DNA of 61,790 nt, filler included, from Diploschistes diacapsis (lineage: Eukaryota), in the NCBI GenBank assembly GCA_023645945.1. It is 7 parts of 7 records of this genome, joined end to end, with 100 filler letters (N's around TTAATTAATTAA, not from the genome) between each part and the next. Parts side by side here need not be neighbours in the genome. Positions count along the whole stretch, not along the records: positions 1 to 28,081 come from JALAIB010000153.1; 6 more parts are not named here. One strand, written 5' to 3'. Shown here in pieces: positions 13,406 through 25,900 of the stretch. The notes below the pieces were generated by a model. The model had not been told where the DNA came from, did not search any database, and saw nothing but the letters and a program-made list of their open reading frames with translations. A program made the position numbers and the translations under genes. Each line of letters starts with the position of its first letter. Positions within the stretch are counted from its first letter, which is position 1.

Positions 13406-13452
13406 CACGTGATTTGATAGGGCTAAGGCTGTAAATTACACAACTCGCCTAA
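13406..13452 (+). promoter_or_regulatory. E-box plus inverted TAGGGCTA/GCCTAA sites in the PRP2-RPL18 bidirectional promoter
   Basis: CACGTG at 13406-13411, TAGGGCTA at 13418-13425 and GCCTAA at 13447-13452. These resemble Cbf1/Tbf1-type ribosomal protein promoter elements of ascomycetes. Confidence 0.5.
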
Positions 13453-13558
13453 ATAGATTACATCACCCACATTGTCCTTAACAGTTGCGGTGCCTTTAGA
13501 TTTCCCAATATCAGCAGGCGACTACTGATACTGCAAGTCAATCAGCACCGTTGGAGTT

Positions 13559-14438
13559 ATGGGTAAGTCACAACAATGGGAAGCAGTCTCTTCTTCATGT
13601 ATCCCGTATTTCCTACTAGGTCTTTCATTGCCCATCGGATATGATTGGTCCTGCATTTGGCTGGCAACCTTGTTCAAGGTTACAGTCTTCAAAGCGCGCT
13701 ACAAAAGAGCTTTTACTAATACTTATGCGCGATAGGTATTGACATCAAGAAGCAGCATGTGCGGGGATCGCATCGAAAGGCCCCAAAGTCTGAAAATGGT
13801 AAAGCTCTATCTCCAAGGTCCAGCAGCAGAAGATAAGAGACTGATTACGATGGTTTCTAGTGTATCTTAAGCTGCTCGTGAAGCTCTACAAATTCCTTTC
13901 CCGACGTACAGATGCCTCCTTCAATAAAGTCGTCCTGAAGCGCCTTTTCATGTCCCGCATCAACCGTCCCGCCATGTCCCTCTCTCGCCTCTCAGCCAAC
14001 ATGTCGCCTCCGAAGGACCCTGAAGTGAACAAGGGCAAGACAGCGGTGGTTATTGGTACTATCACGGACGACAATCGCCTTCTCAAAGTTCCCAAGCTAT
14101 CTGTTGCGGCGTTGCGCTTCACGCGGACTGCCCGCGCAAGGATCGAGAATGCGGGGGGAGAGTGTTTGACCCTGGATCAATTGGCACTCAGGGCGCCAAC
14201 AGGGGCACAGACGGTTTTGCTGAGGGGACCAAAGAATGCAAGAGAGGCCGTTAAGCACTTTGGATTTGGACCGCACAGTGGAAAGGTTGGTCAGGCCCTA
14301 TGCAAGAGTATCCAATTACCAGGAAATGAATATTGGTTACTAACAATTTGGCAATCACAGAAACCATACGTTCAAAGCAAAGGCCGCAAATTCGAGAAAG
14401 CTCGTGGTCGCAGGCGGTCGAGAGGTTTCAAGGTCTAG
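13559..14438 (+). CDS. RPL18: 60S ribosomal protein L18 (eL18), 3 introns
   Basis: Spliced protein reads [32 protein letters not shown]...[13 protein letters not shown]...[18 protein letters not shown]. First intron 13563-13735. Confidence 0.97.
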
Positions 14439-14784
14439 ATATCCCCGCATCTTGCTCTTTGCGTTTCCCAAATGGTTCATTTGATCTCGGTCACATGGAG
14501 AGTGCAGAGGAAATTATGGGGGGCGGGCATGTATGGCATCTTATGGCAGTGTACCTGGGCTTGCATGGTAGTTGAATGCTCAAACATACAACATTTCAAT
14601 ATAACAGTCGAGATGCAGGTGAAGTGATATGCAACCAACTTTAACCAGCTTATCTCTGCCCAGTTAAATCATCTAACAACTATTCAAGTAGGCCATAAAC
14701 GCATGCACGATCATACTTCGCTCTTGGTCTAGTGCGTTCAATTTTGCTCTTACATCTCAAAAAGTCTCCTGCTTTTACTGGTGC

Positions 14785-15713
14785 TTACACTTGCAGATAC
14801 TCGTCGAACCACTGCACCGCCTGATTGAAGGCCTGCTCCTTAGCAAATTTTACAGCCTTGATGCTAATATCCGCGCGGACGGCAAAGCCGTGATCGACAT
14901 GCGAATACAGGTTTATCTGGTACGGCACGCCAATCTTCTGGAGGATCTCTTCCGACTTGTAACGCTTCTCGGGAGAGAAGATCTCGTCAGGGTCTAGATG
15001 CGACCATTCAGCAAGTCTATCGCAAGTGTCCGAACGGACTAGGTGCTTACAAGCAGCAGATATGCTCAACGGTCCCTTAATGCATTCCAGTTCCGACTCT
15101 TCCACGAAACTAGGGTGCGCGACGTATCCGACATCGATGTTCCCGTGCATGCCCATGTGCCGGATCACGTACTTTGCGCCGAAGCAGTATCCCACACCAC
15201 CAATTTTCTTGATGCCCTGGTCACGCATGTGCCTGACAAGCGCCTGAGTGACCGGCTCAACCTGCTCCGGGCCATGCTTTTTGCCCGAATTCTTGCCAGC
15301 GAACCAGTCCTGGATGTTGAAGTCCGGCGGCCGGTTCAGCGGGATGGGATCGCCCTGAAATACATCGGGCATGTATGTTACATAACCGTTTGCCTAAGGA
15401 ACACCCATTTAGTCTTATTTAGTCCCCCAACAAAGAAAAACTCACCGCAAACTGGTCGGCGATGAGCTGAGCGTTGTTGAATTTGTGGCCAATGACATCA
15501 GTTATGAGTAGGATGCCCAGATCTTTGTGAGCTTGCTCGGAGGGAGGGGTGGCGATGTAGGTCTCGTCTGTCGCCGACGTTTAGTAGGGCTTCATGTATG
15601 TTCATAAAATGAATGCAACGCTTACGCCCTTCTATCTTTTCCAATTTCCCTGTTGGTGAGCCCTCATGCTTAACACCAATGGTGCAGCATTGAGCCGGGG
15701 GTTTGGAAGCCAT
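14785..15713 (-). CDS. Dienelactone hydrolase family protein, 3 introns
   Basis: MASKPPAQCCTIGVKHEG start, GYCFGAKY nucleophile motif, HGFAVR. GT-AG introns restore one continuous frame. Confidence 0.92.
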
Positions 15714-16240
15714 GTTAGGTTTTTCTTTTACTGTCGTGTACGTAACCGACTGGAAGGGAAATGAAATAGTAAAACCTAAGCCAATTTCTCTTGCTGAAGC
15801 GAGAAAGGTTCGATGAATATTTATTCCTTGATGGTACTTACTCCTAAACCAGTTGCATCATCGAGCGCACCACCCCACACTCCCGCCATTATGAGTTGGC
15901 TAGATAACTCCATGAACCCGGATACAACGGAATCTTTCTGCTTTGATTGGACTTTAGACACTGTACGTCTCAAAGCGAAGACTGTTAGTACATTGTGAAA
16001 TAGCCTGCTCGACGTCTCTAGCCTAGATCCTTTTGGAGCTTCAACTTGATCCTTCTTTGAGAAACCAATGCATAGAGACATGGCACTAGATGAGAGTCAG
16101 AGTTAAAGGGGTGGAGCCCAAAGAACAAAGTATAATATTTATGCAAACCTCTCCTAGCATACTGACGCTGGAAAGCCGATCAACGTTCTGTAGAGGAATT
16201 GGTACTTTCGGATTTGAGTCGGAGTACTTTCGGATTTGAG

Positions 16241-17445
16241 TTACGACGTCCTGGGCCGCTCAAATGCAAAGCGAAGCCCTTCAGCGGCTTCATTTTCGCC
16301 ATCTGGAGCTCCAAAGTCTTCACGGACGACAACTGTGGAGCTCGTAGGCTGCTTCTCCAATTCGCCATCATCAGCATCAGCTTCTTCTCCTTCAATCATG
16401 AAGTCGCGGAACAGGCCTCCTCCGGTAGACGAGGTTTTGCTCTTGCCTTTAGGTTGACCCCTTCGCCGTCCTTTCGTTGAGGATAAGGGAGCTTGAAAAA
16501 GCGTTTGCGGTTGTCGAGACGCTTCACCTCCATCGTTGTCTTCCTCTTCCGCCTCCCCTGGCTCTCCCGAAGAGTTTCTAATTTTCAATCGTCGGCCATT
16601 CCTAGGCTCAGCTTCACCTTCTAGCTTATATTGTTTTCCTTTCCCTATGTATACCTCATCTTTCTCGCCACGAGCAGCTTTAATTGCCATCAACGTCTCC
16701 AAGAAAGATGCCTGCTTTTTCTTGGATACCGTCGTATCGTCATCTAGTACAATGGAATAGGGATTCGCTCTCTTTCGAGAAACGTGTGTCGCGGCCTCTG
16801 CACCTTGAACATGCGGGTCGGATGAAGCGTCGTTGACTGCAGCGGAACCTTGGATTACATGCTCATTAACAAATCCTTCCTGTTCATCTTTCTCGCTAAG
16901 CTCAATGGCATGCCCAACGAGCTTGATGTTTGTTGTGGCAAGTAAATTAAATTTGGGGTCCTTAATCAATGGCTCAACGTCTTCGGGCGTATCTCCAGGT
17001 GCTGCAAAAATCATGTCCGTTCCCAGCGTAGTGTGCCAGGAACAGCGGAATACCTGCCCTTCAAAATTGACAATAGGCTCGGCACTATCAATCCCAAGAA
17101 TCTGAATATGAGATTCAGGGTTTCTCTTCTGAGAGGAGCTTCCTTGAGACGTGCCGGCGACGGTTATTTCCTCACCCTCGACGCCGTCCGCATTCTCAGG
17201 CTTTTTCTGCAGAATGGGGCGGTTCGCCCGAGAGTGAAAAACGTAGCTTGAATCATTCTTTGACGACTCATCGGAAGCAAAAGGAAGATCTAGCGTCACG
17301 TAAAATACCTGCAAAACTTAGTACGATTATCTACAAATTGGTGTTCTGGGAAATGTTCCTCCTTCTCAGTGGGATGGTACTCATACTCCCATTCGTCTGT
17401 GTTATCTATTAACGTCCTACTGCTTCCCACGCTTGGTTCCGCCAT
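16241..17445 (-). CDS. TFIIIC triple-barrel domain subunit (Sfc7/GTF3C6-like)
   Basis: DEWEYEY...FYVTLDL, IQILGIDSAEPIVNFEGQVFRCSWHTTLGTDMIF and QASFLETLMAIKAARGEKDEV. Joining the first two motifs needs a 50-nt intron at 17309-17358 with a GA donor. Confidence 0.8.
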
Positions 17446-18166
17446 TCTGAATGTATTACTGGCTTGAAAAGTAACGGGAAATGCATCAACTTCAGATATT
17501 CCTGATTTTCCTAGCACAAGGACGAGATAGGAGACATAAATCGGTACCTCAGAGGATTTTGAACATTGTTTATCGCTCTTATCGAATTTGAACGTTGAGA
17601 ATATCGTGGAGTTGCAAGTGGAGTGAAATCTGTCGTATGGTTTTTCCTGTAGAGGTGCTGTGCGCAAAGTCAAATGTACAATGTTCTCCTAGTGTAAACA
17701 AGGTGATACAGCCATATTACTAGCCACAGTGCGTATATGGTTTTGAAATTCTTACGCAGATGCCTAGGGCCCCTTTAATCCATCCTTTATGCCTCCCATG
17801 AGAACAGGGTACTCTTGAACGCATTATGCAAGCCATTATCTCCAGCTGCTACGGTTTGTTGTTTATAGTGGATTTCTGATGCCCCCTTTAATTCGTCGTT
17901 TTGCTTCCTCTAAATAGACTATATCCCGGTTCTACCACAAACTTGGATGCTTGCTCTTGAAATATGCCATGAATGGTCAACAGTGGAGCATAGTCATGGC
18001 CAGCACAGCTTAGATATCACTATTTGAATCCAAGTAAACATACAAATGAACGATAAAGACCACGTCTACATTCGCTCCAGTCTCCCAACCAAAAACTTAG
18101 AATGAGAGGCGATTAATAGATCCGAATCAGGGGTTGTCGCACGGCAAAGATAATTCCACCTTCTAC

Positions 18167-19194
18167 TTAGATGCTCATGGCAGCCTTGGGCAGATCTTCT
18201 ATTCTGTGCTTCTGGAAAAATTGCCTGACAGATGTTGGCTGAATGTCGGGGAACCGACTGTTGGCTACGTTTCGTAATGACGTAGAGCCATTCAGCATTA
18301 CCAGATTGTAATTTCTGCGTGCAGTCAACGTACGTAGCAGTGGCGTAGCAGCAAGGGAACTTACAGGCTCATCCAAGCAAACGGATTGTGTGGTTGTGCC
18401 TTGCGTGTTTCAATCAGCTTGTTGTATAAGTCTTCCAAGGAACCCAGGCGCTGAACTTTGGCCTCTGTGCCATAAATCTCTTTAAATGTAGCCGCAATAT
18501 CTTGGACACTGATCGAGTCACCCAGCACTAGCCACATCATCAGACAACCCAGAGAGGCGAGAAAGGAACGCAACTGACCTTCGATGAAACCGTTTGCATG
18601 AGAGTCAAGCGCGACCTCGGCAGTATACTTAGCTGCATCGTCGTACGTAGTGAGGTCTAATTTCTCATTGCCGGACCCCCAGTGGTTGAAAGTGTTACTT
18701 TCCACATCGTACAATGCAGAGAAGGAGAAGAGAGTCTCCATAAACTCCCCGTTCAGGACATGCACACCTTTGATCTGGTCCTGCTTCTCTTCAAGATATT
18801 CCGTCACTTGCTTCATCGGGTCTTTCATTGGCGCTTCCCCGTACTTGATATTACGGTAATCAATACACCAGTCTCCAGCAATGTAACGTGGTATCCCTTC
18901 TGCGATTGCGGCATCAATCAATTTCTTTTGGCCCTCCCTCATCAGATTGTGATCTCCAAGATAACAGCAAATAGCGACTGAAGATCCCTTCAGGGCTTTC
19001 CTGATTGTCGTCACATTGTCGGCATCAGCCTGAAATACCTCAACTCGTGGGTTCGAGGAAAGCTCCGAGGGAAGCTTTGAGGGCGAGCGCGCCGTTCCAG
19101 TGATCCGTACGTTCGGCTTTGCAAGAAGATGGCCGGCAAGTAGGCGAGCAAATTTGCCGGTCAATCCAGCAATGAAAACAGTAGTTGCAGACAT
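18167..19194 (-). CDS. NmrA-like NAD(P)-binding oxidoreductase, 2 introns
   Basis: MSATTVFIAGLTGKFA Rossmann start, LIDAAIAEGIPRYIAGDW, TTYDDAAKYTAEV. Introns near 18529-18578 and 18316-18364. Confidence 0.88.
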
Positions 19195-19954
19195 GTTCGA
19201 AAAAAGAAAGCGACTAAGCAAGGTATGAAAGAAGTCTTTCTACTTGAGGATCAATTTCCTAGAGATTTTGGGTACTTTCAAGTGATCGTTGCCAATTGAA
19301 ATAGAAATATAACAGGAGAACTCGGAGTCCTTTATATCCTACCATGTAGACCACTTCCCATCTTGCGTGGTTGTACGTTAATTGTATGCACTTCTAATGT
19401 TGTAATGGCTCGGACGATCCGAGTAGGAGGGGCCGAGACTATCCACCTTTTACCTTTTCTGAATCCAACTAGAGATGGACAAGAGAGCTCGATATGAAGA
19501 TAGACGGACGAACACCTTCGTCCGAGACATTAACTTAGCGCTGAGTCATGGTATTACCGGAAAAAAGCAACACTGTACGCTAAAATGGTTTTCAAAAACT
19601 TCTACGTCTCCTTCACCCAAATTTGAATGCGCATTTGCCTGTAGTAGTAAAGGAAAGCTATAACCAAGGAACTAGTAGAATAAATAATGATGCTGAATTC
19701 ATTGCTTTGCTCGCTTTTATAAATGGTGGATATTGAAGAGTAATACAATAATAACAGTAAACGGCCCACAAAAAGGGAGCGAAATGTATTGAAAAATAAT
19801 TATAAATAACGGTCTGAATAATCGCTGCCGATGAATTTGGGGGGTTTCGACGCCGCTCAAAAAATACCGAGTATCAATATTGAAAATCCGGGCAAAACAT
19901 AGTAGTAGTAGTCGCGAAGAACTACTGAGTAAAGCTACACAAGGAACGTCGAGG

Positions 19955-22900
19955 ATGGAGGATGCGGATGGTATCGAGCGGCGGCTTACGCTTTCCTTAA
20001 AGTCAAGTTCCACGGCTTTTCGGATCTCTGAACTAAAGGCACTTCATGAGAGGGTAAGCACCTCGCGTGAGTTGAAGGATAGTGGAACAGCAGTGTCTCG
20101 TGCTAACGATCTTCTAGAGCTTTCAGACGCACGCCTACGTACTATCAACACCCTTCTATGGAGCACATATCCTGCCTATAGCGACCGAGCTTCTAGACAA
20201 GGGGTGCAGAGCTGCCTTCGAGCGATCTGGAGGCAGTCGCTAGTGTCATTTGCCGACTTCGTCACACTTTTCCAGGCGGAGGCTCTTAAGGCCGGACTCG
20301 CTTCCTCAAATGTGCTTGTCCTAATAGAATGGGGCGCCTTGGCCCTTCAAGAATGCAGAAAGAGCCCAGAACAATGGGAGCAATACGGTATCTCCTTGGT
20401 GACCGCGCACTCTCAACTTTTAGAGCTTCTAACCTCGATTCGACCAAAAGCGGGTACTAAGAAGTCGGGCCTTGTGGTAACTCGTCAGGCTCTCCGTAAT
20501 CTTTTTAGACATGAGTCTGCAAGAGCCGGCATCATCGAAACGATCGTGCTACAACTTTCCGCAAAGAGTCCCTTGGGGTATAAGAATGCAGTTATGCTGG
20601 GAGTAGTAGCTGGCGTATGCGCGCATATGCAGCAACCTGCAAAAGCTCAGACCCAACAAAATGGCGTCGTCTCTTCACCGCGAGCCGTGTTAGAGGGTTT
20701 GAAAAACCATTACTACTCTTTTTGGGTTCGAGAGGTCGTTGGATGCAAAACGCTCGTTTCAGGGCACATTGCCAACGCTTTTCATGACTTCTTCGCAGAC
20801 TTTACCACGCTTGAAGATTTGGAGAAAGAGGTTGTTCCTGCTCTTGAAAAAGCATTGCTTCGAGCTCCAGAGGTCGTATTGAACGACCTTATTAGCCCTT
20901 TAATCAATCCACTGCCTCTGCATCTGGATCTCTCTGATATCCTTGCTAATCGCCTCCTGAAACCATTGCTTTCAAATCTGAAATCTGCAAATGCCGCTAT
21001 AAGAGATGGTGCCCTCAGAGCCTTTGGTACATTGCTAAAGCGATGCAAGAATGACAATTCTCTCGAAATGATCATGAACGAGATTCTAAAACCTTTGACG
21101 ACGTCCAAAGTGCCTTCTGCAGAGCAGCGTATTGTTTCAGCCAAGGTTCTTGAGATGTTACCGAGCTCCATCTCAAGGTCGACTCAGATATGCAGCGGCC
21201 TTGCTGGAATGGTACTAAAAGAGCCTAACGAAGCTGCGGTTTCGGTCGAGGCTAGTGCGATGACGGTTCATCTTGTTATGCTGATGCCCCTTGACCAAGC
21301 GACAACCGAGCTTATATTAGCAACTATTTCTAAGGGACTTGGAGACAAAAAGCCCACGCTTCAAAGAATTTGGGCTCTTAACGTAGGTAAGCTGTTATGG
21401 GCGCTTAGAAATGGGTCAAACGCTGCATCATCTGCCAAGGTTGTCGATACCGTTTTGCCAAAGATGATTGATCTATATAACGAGGTCGTGATGAACCCCG
21501 TGTCAGCTGGGCAATCGGGATCAATTGTCATAGCTTATATCTTGACCAGCCTGCACAGCTTTCTAAAGAACGTCGGTAATGCGAGTTGCAAAGCTTTGTT
21601 ATCGAAGGCGGCAGTCATTCAGCAGGCTTTGATGTTCGATCCAAAACCCTCTTTTCTATTAAATTACAGAGTTTACACAAAGCTGGTGACCGAGGTCGAT
21701 CTTACCTGGTTTGTTCGAGCACTGGCGGAGTGCTTCACACAAGCTCTTTCCCAAGGCCAAGCGCCAAATGTTTGTACCGCCCTAGTTCAAGCATGGCTAT
21801 ACACAATAGCATCATCTGCTGTTCACTATGAGGTACGGCGTCAAGCAACAGGAGCGTTATCGCGGCAATACCAGCAGTTACCAGCTGAAACCTCTCATGT
21901 GGTCGTGGAGGGATTGTGGGTTTGGCTGAGAAACTTTAAAACAGAGATCAAAGATTCCGCTGCGTACCTTTCTCAGATCACACCAACCAAACTACTACCT
22001 GCCCTACACGCAATATGCCCTCCCGCAGTATTTCAGGACAAGTCCTTGAGTATGCTTAACAGTAAAGTGCTTGAGGATCAGCTGATTGACCTGCTTGTAC
22101 TATGTCACCCTGCAATTCTTCCTGCGACTAGTTGGATAGACATTTGTCTTGAAATGGCTCAAGATCCTGGATCTTTGGTCAACAGACGGACTAGGGACTG
22201 TCTTGACAAAGTGTCATCTGTACTTCGTACTAATGACGCTTCTGATCGACCACTCGAGGCCATCAAGGTTGCTGCGTACAGTACGTATGCCGAGCTCGCT
22301 TTTGTCGCATCGTCATCAGTATTGCCCTTACTTGTGGACCAGATCAAGAGCGACTTAGATCTCGGAGAGTTTAGCCAATGCAGCCCAACAGACTTTGCAA
22401 TAGCACGAACACCAGAAGGGACGACATTTATTGACGTCTTGAACAAGAAAGGCCCAAACGAAGCATTAGACAAAGGAAGCAGTGACTACGAGCTTTTGAA
22501 ATGGGAGGCCGACGTTCGAGCGCAGCAAGCCGCCAGGTACGGTCAACAGAAAAAACTGACCGCGGATGACCAAGCAAAGATCAATACACAGCTGTCAAAA
22601 GAGGCCGATATTCGTAAACGAGTTCGGCACTTGGAGTGTCAGCTGCAGCGTGGATTTGGTACCATTCGAGCTCTCGCTTTAGGTCCTCCTACGAATGCTG
22701 AACTGTGGATGGGTTATAGTTTAAAAGTATTGATCGATATCATACAAGCAGGCGTCGGGTTGCTAGTTGACGAGAGCGCCGCTGAGGCATTTATTGCTTG
22801 CGCCAATCTTGTCACAATTCGGTTGGGTCCTCTACGTCAATTTATCGGCGTTGCTACTCTACGCTCACTTGGTTCAAGTCACCTTCCGGAGTATCTGCTT

Positions 22901-25900
22901 CAGGAATCGTTAGGAGGTGGGTTCATGAAACCTTGCACGACCAAGGCTAATTGTCCAAGATCTTGTGACGAGAGTTCTCTATCGTCTTCGGATCGCTGGA
23001 GAACAGCGACCCTTCGATGTTGTCTCATTAAGCTATATGCTGCCACTTGCACATATTGTACTTGCGAAGCACGGCATTGGGCATAATGATGCGGATCAAG
23101 CTGACGAGCAGATAACCCTTGCTCTTGAGTTCCTCTCATTTCATTCAGATCTATGTTTGTATCATCACTACCTGTCCATCCCTGCGCTAACGCAAACACA
23201 GGCTCCAATCAGAGCCTGCCCAGGGCAGATATGATAAGTGTATTGATTCGCTCAATGCAGGATTTCAACCAGCACTATCGTCTCATCAAAGACTGTATGC
23301 TTGACATGAGCAGGTCAATGGCTCCAAATATCAATTCTGTGGAAATCAAAAGCTTGCTAAAAGGCTCTATCGTTCCCGAAGTTTCCGTGCGGGCTGCGGT
23401 TCTACAGGGGATCCGTGATTTCATTGACTTAACGGACCTTGATTTTAGTGAAGAAATCTGGCTAGCTAGTCACGATGATGACGAGGAGAACGCTGACATT
23501 GGCAAAGCAATATGGGAGGAAAATGCCTTAGAAGCCGATGGCAAAGACGCTCTGAAGCTCTTGCCTTATCTTAGAAGCAAAGACAAGCAGCTACGTAGAG
23601 CAGCCGCTCGTTCCATTGCGGGGTGCGTGTCTATTGACAAGACTGTTTTTGATGATGTTCTCGACAAACTCCAAGGAGAGTACCGAGAGAAAGCGAAGCC
23701 GAAAGTTCAAGAGCGCGATGCATATGGTGTGATTAAGAAGAGTGACTTGGGTGATCCATGGGAAGCCCGTAGCGGCGTTGCTCTCGCTTTCAATGAACTC
23801 GCCCCTGCCTGGCATTCGGAAGCGCTCCTTCCGGGGATACAATTTATGGTCAAAGATAAAGCTCTAGGAGACCAGAATAGCTCCGTGCGTGATGAAATGA
23901 TCGAAGCTGCCGTTAAGATCATATCGATCCGCGGGGGTGAAAAGCTAGAACAGTTAATGAGCATGTTTGAAGGTGCTCTTGCGGAAGCTGAGACGAGCAG
24001 TGCTGGATCAGACCTCGTCAATGAGGCTGTGGTAATTCTCTATGGTGCGTTAGCGAGACATCTGAAGAGCGGCGACCAGAGAGTACACAAAGTCGTAACC
24101 AAGCTATTACAGACTTTAAGCACACCCTCTGAAACGGTTCAGTATGCCGTAGCAGGGTGCTTACCCCCTCTGATCAAAACGTCACTCGATAAAGTTCCTC
24201 AATATATTCAGCAAACTCTGGACGAGTTATTGCAATCGAAGAAATACGCAAGTCGACGAGGTGCTGCATATGGTCTTGCCGGCGTTGTCAGTGGGAAAGG
24301 AATTTCGGCCCTACGTGAGCACAGAATCATGTCGACACTAAAAACCGCTATAGAGAACAAGAAGGACCAAAACGGCCGACAAGGAGCCCTGTTTGCTTAC
24401 GAGCTTTTCTCACTAATTCTTGGGAGAGGCTTCGAACCGTACATCATCCAACTGGTGCCCCAGCTAATAGCAAGTTTTGGCGACACAAGCACAGATGTTC
24501 GTGAAGCGTGCCTTGACGCTTCTAAAGCATGCTTTTCCAGCTTGAGCTCATATGGCGTCAAAGTCATTCTACCAATACTTTTAGAGGGCCTCGATGAGTC
24601 CCAATGGCGTAGCAAGAAGGGTGCGTGCGAGCTGCTGGGTGCTATGGCATATCTTGATCCCCAGCAACTTGCTTCCAGTCTCCCGGACATCATCCCTCCT
24701 TTGACGAATGTCCTCAACGATAGTCACAAGGAAGTCAGAGCCGCAGCCAATCGCAGCCTACAACGTTTTGGTGAGGTCATTAGCAACCCGGAAGTCAAGT
24801 CGCTTGTGAACATCCTTCTGAAGGCTCTGAGTGATCCTACAAAATACACGGACGACGCACTCGATGCACTGATCAAGGTCTCGTTTATGCACTACTTGGA
24901 TGCTCCGTCTCTCGCTCTAGTCGCAAGGATTCTGGAAAGGGGGCTAGGCGACAGATCAGCAACTAAGAGGAAATCCGCCCAAATCATTGGCAGCCTTGCA
25001 CACCTTACAGAAAGAAAAGACCTGACCTCCCATCTTCCGATTCTGGTTAGCGGCTTACGGACTGCAATCGTGGACCCTGTACCTACAACACGTGCAACAG
25101 CTTCCAAAGCGTTAGGGTCGCTTATCGAGAAGCTCGGGGAGGAAGCTCTTCCGGATCTCATTCCAAGCCTCATGGCCACCCTCAAATCCGACACGGGAGC
25201 AGGAGACAGGCTGGGTTCTGCGCAAGCTTTGAGTGAGGTTCTTGCTGGTCTAGGTACTGGCAGACTCGAAGAAACTCTTCCGACGATCCTACAGAACGTA
25301 TCGAGTTCTAGACCCACTGTCAGGGAAGGATTCATGTCGCTGTTCATCTTCTTGCCCGCTTGTTTTGGAAACAGCTTTGCAAACTTTCTCAGCAAGATCA
25401 TTCCTCCAATTCTGGCAGGTTTGGCGGACGAAGTAGAGTCGATTCGTGAGACTTCGCTCAGGGCAGGCAGACTTTTGGTAAAGAACTTTGCTACCAAGGC
25501 TATTGATCTGCTCTTGCCAGAGCTTGATCGCGGTCTTGGAGACGACAATTACCGTATTCGTTTGAGTTCTGTGGAGCTCGTTGGTGACTTGCTTTTCAAC
25601 CTCACTGGCATCAGTGGAAAGACCGAACAGGATGAGGAAGAAACCGGAGCCGCCGAAGCCGGCCAGTCGCTGCTCGAAGTGCTTGGAGAGGAGAAAAGAA
25701 ACAAGGTATTGTCTTCTTTGTACATCTGCAGATGTGATACGTCGGGGCTGGTTCGATCGGCAGCGATTGCTGTCTGGAAGGCACTGGTTGCTACCCCTAG
25801 GACTCTGAAGGAGCTCGTTCCAACATTAACGCAAGCCCTTATCCGAAGGCTAGCCAGCTCGAATATGGAACACAAAGTGATAGCGGGGAATGCTCTAGGT

